From Desulfobacterales bacterium (GTDB lineage Bacteria; Desulfobacterota; Desulfobacteria; Desulfobacterales; UBA5852), in the NCBI GenBank assembly GCA_963674755.2, contig CAXXVS010000002.1, positions 2,048,001 through 2,112,000 on the forward strand: DNA of 64,000 nucleotides. Reading direction: 5' to 3'. The notes under the pieces are model-generated. The model saw only the letters and a program-made list of their open reading frames with translations, searched no databases and was not told the origin of the DNA. Within the stretch, counting starts at the first letter, position 1. Each line of letters opens with the position of its first letter. The translations under genes and the position numbers were made by a program. This document shows, in pieces, positions 59,653 to 64,000 of this stretch.

Positions 59653-60561
59653 ATGACAGATACCCCCACCACCAAAACGATCCTGTCGGCCTCGCGACGT
59701 ACCGATATCCCGGCCTTCTATATGGAATGGTTCATGGCGGGCATCACCAGGGGTGTTTTCGAGGTTCTCAATCCTTACAACCAGCATCGTCGTCAGGTCC
59801 CGGCACAGCCCCACCAGGTCCACAGCATCGTCTTCTGGTCCAAAAACTTCGGTCCCTTTCTGCATGACGGCTTCGATCGAAGGCTGCAGCGCAAGGGCTA
59901 CCATTTATTTTTCAATTTCACCATCAACACCGCCAGCCCGGTTTTGGAGCCCCATGTCCCGCCCCTGGAGGAGCGCCTCCGTCAGATGGCCGTACTGGCC
60001 GAGCGCCACGATCCCCGGGCCATCACCTGGCGTTTCGACCCCATCTGCTTTTTCCGCACCGCGCCGCATGAAGCCCTCCGCCATAATCTTGACGACCTGG
60101 AAACCATCGCCGACGCCGCGGCCCGTTTGGGCATCCGTCGCTGTGTTACTAGCTTCGTGGATCTCTATCGCAAAGTCCTCATCCGTCTCCCGTCCAAGGG
60201 ATTGGAATTGGTCGATCCACCACTGGATGTCAAAAGTGAGATCCTGGTCAACATCGCGGAAAAATTGCGCGAACGGGAAATTGCCCTGGGGGTTTGCTGT
60301 GAGCAGGTGGTTCTGGAAGCCTTGCCGCCCAGTACCGGCATCCACCCGGCCGCATGTATCCCAGGTCCCTTGTTGGCCCGTCTCTTCGGTTCCGATATGC
60401 TTTTGAAAAAAGACCCGGGGCAGCGCCGCACCGCAGGGTGCACATGCAATGCCACCGTGGACATCGGCTCCTACCGCTGGCATCCGTGCCACCACAATTG
60501 TCTCTTCTGTTATGCCAATCCACGCCCGCCCCGGCCGTCCCCGGCAGAAAAGCGACACTGA
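59653..60561 (+). CDS. DUF1848-family protein
   Basis: SASRRTDIPAFY, VFWSKN, WRFDPI, DIGSY..CHHNCLFCYAN. Confidence 0.9.
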   Translation: MTDTPTTKTILSASRRTDIPAFYMEWFMAGITRGVFEVLNPYNQHRRQVPAQPHQVHSIVFWSKNFGPFLHDGFDRRLQRKGYHLFFNFTINTASPVLEPHVPPLEERLRQMAVLAERHDPRAITWRFDPICFFRTAPHEALRHNLDDLETIADAAARLGIRRCVTSFVDLYRKVLIRLPSKGLELVDPPLDVKSEILVNIAEKLREREIALGVCCEQVVLEALPPSTGIHPAACIPGPLLARLFGSDMLLKKDPGQRRTAGCTCNATVDIGSYRWHPCHHNCLFCYANPRPPRPSPAEKRH

Positions 60562-60564
60562 CCC

Positions 60565-61554
60565 ATGCAGATCGGCACCCTGGCCCTGGCCAATAATCTC
60601 GTTTTCGCGCCGCTGGCCGGCATTTCCAATCTTCCCCTGCGGCTTTTGGCCAAAGAAGCGGGCTGCGGTCTGGTCTGTTCCGAAATGGTCAGTGCCAACG
60701 GGCTGGTCTATGGATCGCACAAAACCGCACAGCTGCTGCACACCGTTCCGGAAGAATATCCCCTGGCGGTCCAGCTATTCGGGAGCGACCCGGCCCTAAC
60801 GGCCGAAGCCGCCCGCATGGCCGTGGCCTCCGGCGCCGCCCTGATCGATATCAACTTCGGCTGCGCCGTCAAAAAAATCGTCCGGACCGGTGCCGGGGTG
60901 GCCCTGATGCGCACACCGGACCGGGCCCAGGCGCTCCTGAAAGCCGTGCGCCAAGCCATCGCGGTGCCCCTGACCATTAAGATCCGCAGCGGATGGGATA
61001 CCTCCGGCCGTCAAGCGCTCAGACTGGCACGCCAGGCAGAGGACTGCGGTGTGGACGCCCTGACCATCCACCCGCGTAGCGCCTCTCAGGGCTTCCGGGG
61101 CCATTCGGACTGGACGCTGATTGCCGCCGTCAAAAACAGCCTGCAAATTCCCGTCATCGGCAATGGGGATATTGGGACGGCGGAGGACGCGCTGCGCATG
61201 CTTTCCGAAACGGGATGTGATGGCGTTATGGTGGGGCGGGCCGCGATCGGGAACCCTTTTATTTTTGCGGCCATCCAGGCGCGCCTGGAAGGCCGACAAC
61301 CCCAGGCGCCTACCCTGGGTCAGCACTTCCGGGTCATGAAACGCTATCTCAGGGATTCCGTGGCCTACCTGGGGGAGCGCCAGGCCTGTCTCATGATGCG
61401 CAGTCGCTTGGGCTGGTTTGTCAAAGGCCTGCATGCCAGCAGCCAGTTTCGGAAGACGATCGCCCTGGTAGGCACCATGGATGAGGCCCTGGCAGCCATC
61501 GAGGCGTATGAGCGGATGCTCGCGGATCAGCAAGCGGTTTCCCCCGGAGGATAA
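60565..61554 (+). CDS. dusB: tRNA-dihydrouridine synthase DusB family
   Basis: APLAG, SEMVS, VQLFG, DINFGC, TIKIRSGW, IGNGDI, GVMVGRAAIGNP. Confidence 0.9.
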   Translation: MQIGTLALANNLVFAPLAGISNLPLRLLAKEAGCGLVCSEMVSANGLVYGSHKTAQLLHTVPEEYPLAVQLFGSDPALTAEAARMAVASGAALIDINFGCAVKKIVRTGAGVALMRTPDRAQALLKAVRQAIAVPLTIKIRSGWDTSGRQALRLARQAEDCGVDALTIHPRSASQGFRGHSDWTLIAAVKNSLQIPVIGNGDIGTAEDALRMLSETGCDGVMVGRAAIGNPFIFAAIQARLEGRQPQAPTLGQHFRVMKRYLRDSVAYLGERQACLMMRSRLGWFVKGLHASSQFRKTIALVGTMDEALAAIEAYERMLADQQAVSPGG

Positions 61555-61651
61555 AACAACCTCATCCTCCACCGCCCATCGGGTCGTTACCCCGTAAAAA
61601 GACGTCCGGGAACAGGCTATCGCCGGTGGACGTTATTCTGCGTCGAGGCCG

Positions 61652-63934
61652 TCATTCTTCCGGCAATACGACGCTGTAGTCCTGCAGATGGCCTCCTTCA
61701 ACCAGGTGTGCTTCGCTGTGGTCGGGGTACACGTGGGTGATCTGCAAGCGCCCGACGCGCTCCCCGGTAAGGAAAAACTGCTGGTTGTTGAGGCCCTCGA
61801 TAATTTGGCTGTTGTAAACGGCCAAGATGTTCCCGGGTACAAGACCGGTATCCGCACCGGCGGAAAGGGTGATGCGGGATCCGTCGATGCCGGTGACATA
61901 ACCCCGCCAGGGCTGGTCTTCAAGAACGTTGCAGACCATTTCACTCATTTCGGCGGCAATCTTCCCCAGAGCGGTCCGCAATTTGGCCATATCTTCTTCC
62001 CGCAAACGGCCGTCGCTGCCGGGTTCCAACTCGTCCACATTCATCTTGTGAGTCAGGGTTTTATCGAGCAGTTTGGTGCCGGTTTCCGCATCGTAGATCT
62101 CCACCAGGATCGCCACGCGCAGATTTCCTTCAGGCGCTTTGTACCACAGGACACCACTAATTTCGTTGGACAGGCGAACGTCGATGATGGATCCCGTCAC
62201 AACGGCATTGATGCCGCTATAACGGGCCAGGGTCGTCATGGCGAAGCTGTTCAAACGTCCGAACTGGTCGCGGGGCAACTGGGTCAAACTCTCGGGAAAG
62301 CGCGCATCTCCCTGCCGGAGCAAATGGACGTTGCGGCTGCACTCATCCAGCAAATCAGGCCACAAGCGGCCTTCAAAGGCCGCTTTAACGCCCGGGCTAA
62401 CAGTGGCCTTCTGGCTGACAAACCCGAGGAACGCCACCTGTTTTTTGAGCTTGCTTCTGGAAACGTCGACCTCTTCGAGCTGAGCCGGCGCCGGCGCTTC
62501 GGACGGCATCGATTTCCGGCTGTCGGAGATACTGGCCATTTCCAGCGGCACGGGGCGTTCTTCCCCTGCGGGCGCCGAGCCGTCCTGGGCCGCAGGTGCT
62601 GCTGGTGCTGGGGCAAGCGATTCTGTCGAAGAACGCAGATCGTCTTTTGCCGCCGGCGGTGTTGTCTCCCGGCCGGCGCCATGATCGTCGCTCGGCATCC
62701 CGCTATCTTCAGCGGCAACGCCAGCGGCAGAGGCTTCCACCAAGTCCTCTTCCTGAATTTTCGCGGTTTGGGGCGTCCCTTCACCATCCACAGCCGGTTC
62801 GGGTTGGCTAGACGACGAAACCGCTTTGGGAGCATCGCCGGCAGTTGTCGACGTCTCTCCAGCAGGAGGCGTGGTGGCTTCCTGAAGCAAGCCCTCATTT
62901 TCCGCCATGACAGGCGCGGGCGCATCAGCGCTTTGTACCGGCACGTCCTTGGCAAGTGGTGTTTCAGCCACCGGCGGGGGGACTGTCGCCGGCATTGCCG
63001 CGGATGCTGCTGCGGTAGGCGATGCTTGATTTTCCGTCGCAGGGCGCGCACTTTGATCCGCACTGGGCGCAGCCTCACCCGCCGCGGCAAGCGGCTCAAC
63101 CGGTGCAGCTTCAACGGCCGCCTTGGAGGGTGTCGACTCGGCTTCCCCTACCGCCGTGGTTGCACTGTCAGGCCCCTCGGCCAGGGCTTCCGTCGAGGTA
63201 TCGGCGACCGCCGCCTCGGCGGCTGCATCCGTGAGCTGGGGCTCATCCGGGGCCTTCGCGGATGGCGTTTCCGCCGACGTGCCGGTCTCCTGATCGGCGG
63301 TGGCCGTCTGCCCCGCTTCGGTCACCGGCGCGGTCGTTTCAGCCCCGTCGGATCTAAACATGAAATAAGTGCCGGCCACCGGAATATATAGGGTCTTCAA
63401 AACATCGTGGACCAGGTAAACAGGCGTTTTCATGACCGCGGCAATCCCGGCATTGTAAGCCACGCTGCTGGCATAGGAGCCGGAAGGAGGCGGGTGGGTC
63501 CCATCTTCTTGATCGGATACGGCGGTGGCGTTGCGGTAGGGGATGATGACGTCCACAAGACCGGCATCGACGGCGTTGAAATTGAAGGTTTCGCGCCCCT
63601 CCTCCACCATTTCACAGGCGTAGGCCGCCTGGCCGCCTTGGCCGGACAGGGTCGTCGCGGTACTGCGTTCAGGGTAGTGGATGCCCCCCTGGGGCTGGTA
63701 GAGGACCTCTAACGTCCGGAAATGCAGGTAATAGGGATGACGTTCGCCAAGAATGCGGTCAGCGTAAGGATCACAGCGCTTTTCACCTAAGGCGCCGGCC
63801 ATTCCGGGTTCCCCGAAATACCAGCTCTTGAAATCCTTTTCCTGACTGAGGTTGAAAAAACATCCGGAAAGGCCAAGCGCCAGTCCCAATACGATACCCC
63901 AGTATAAAAAACGTTTCCCGGAACCTCTGGTCAT
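61652..63934 (-). CDS. Large lipoprotein with Ala/Pro/Glu-rich linker and FlgT-like C-terminal region (start may be 63979)
   Basis: LSGC lipobox; low-complexity middle; [27 protein letters not shown]...[18 protein letters not shown] resemble FlgT middle/C-terminal domains. Confidence 0.65.
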   Translation of the reverse strand: MTRGSGKRFLYWGIVLGLALGLSGCFFNLSQEKDFKSWYFGEPGMAGALGEKRCDPYADRILGERHPYYLHFRTLEVLYQPQGGIHYPERSTATTLSGQGGQAAYACEMVEEGRETFNFNAVDAGLVDVIIPYRNATAVSDQEDGTHPPPSGSYASSVAYNAGIAAVMKTPVYLVHDVLKTLYIPVAGTYFMFRSDGAETTAPVTEAGQTATADQETGTSAETPSAKAPDEPQLTDAAAEAAVADTSTEALAEGPDSATTAVGEAESTPSKAAVEAAPVEPLAAAGEAAPSADQSARPATENQASPTAAASAAMPATVPPPVAETPLAKDVPVQSADAPAPVMAENEGLLQEATTPPAGETSTTAGDAPKAVSSSSQPEPAVDGEGTPQTAKIQEEDLVEASAAGVAAEDSGMPSDDHGAGRETTPPAAKDDLRSSTESLAPAPAAPAAQDGSAPAGEERPVPLEMASISDSRKSMPSEAPAPAQLEEVDVSRSKLKKQVAFLGFVSQKATVSPGVKAAFEGRLWPDLLDECSRNVHLLRQGDARFPESLTQLPRDQFGRLNSFAMTTLARYSGINAVVTGSIIDVRLSNEISGVLWYKAPEGNLRVAILVEIYDAETGTKLLDKTLTHKMNVDELEPGSDGRLREEDMAKLRTALGKIAAEMSEMVCNVLEDQPWRGYVTGIDGSRITLSAGADTGLVPGNILAVYNSQIIEGLNNQQFFLTGERVGRLQITHVYPDHSEAHLVEGGHLQDYSVVLPEE

Positions 63935-64000
63935 TGTTGTCTGTTCCCCGGCGCGGTTCCAAATCCAGCGCATACCCATGCGATGCTGTTTGAGGGGGTG

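Noticed and set aside
41004..63391. Long antisense ORFs (e.g. 41004-42275, 52831-54090, 61688-63391)
   Set aside because: Shadow frames of GC-rich genes that carry clear family motifs on the opposite strand.

Overview
A GC-rich, gene-dense bacterial chromosome segment. Gene content (DUF4388/CheB hybrids, PurD-PurE fusion, DUF134/Mrp, zinc-ribbon/DUF3426 protein) suggests a deltaproteobacterium such as Desulfobacterota, which is an inference. From left to right it holds: an atypical chemosensory operon (CheA with duplicated Hpt/pseudo-Hpt pairs, two CheB-like proteins with damaged catalytic triads, a zinc-ribbon ParA, a HAMP-only protein) running into TauE and a nitrate/sulfonate-type ABC transporter; a PilZ-CheX-EAL/HDOD cluster; trxA, lipBA, USP, Mrp, DUF134, a glycosyltransferase, Uup, a radical SAM/SPASM enzyme and pqiAABC; an AT-richer, integrase-less island remnant (about 33.5-39.6 kb) at the 3' end of tRNA-Leu(CAA); then tsaC, purD-purE, ddl, tRNA-Met, a ZitP-like acidic-repeat protein, hpt, a DnaJ-class protein, mnmG, a TIGR01212 radical SAM protein, a receiver/PEP-pyruvate-binding protein, DUF1848, dusB and a FlgT-like lipoprotein. 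The most unusual element is in the island: five paralogs of an unrecognised ~60-85 aa protein (core IDPxG-h-h-PGT..Y/H...EMI..W). Three of them end at a conserved GC hairpin and two sit behind a conserved promoter-like leader that predicts leaderless mRNA. These modules flank a cargo of lipoproteins and broken nuclease genes. All family assignments come from motif recognition by eye; no database searches were run.
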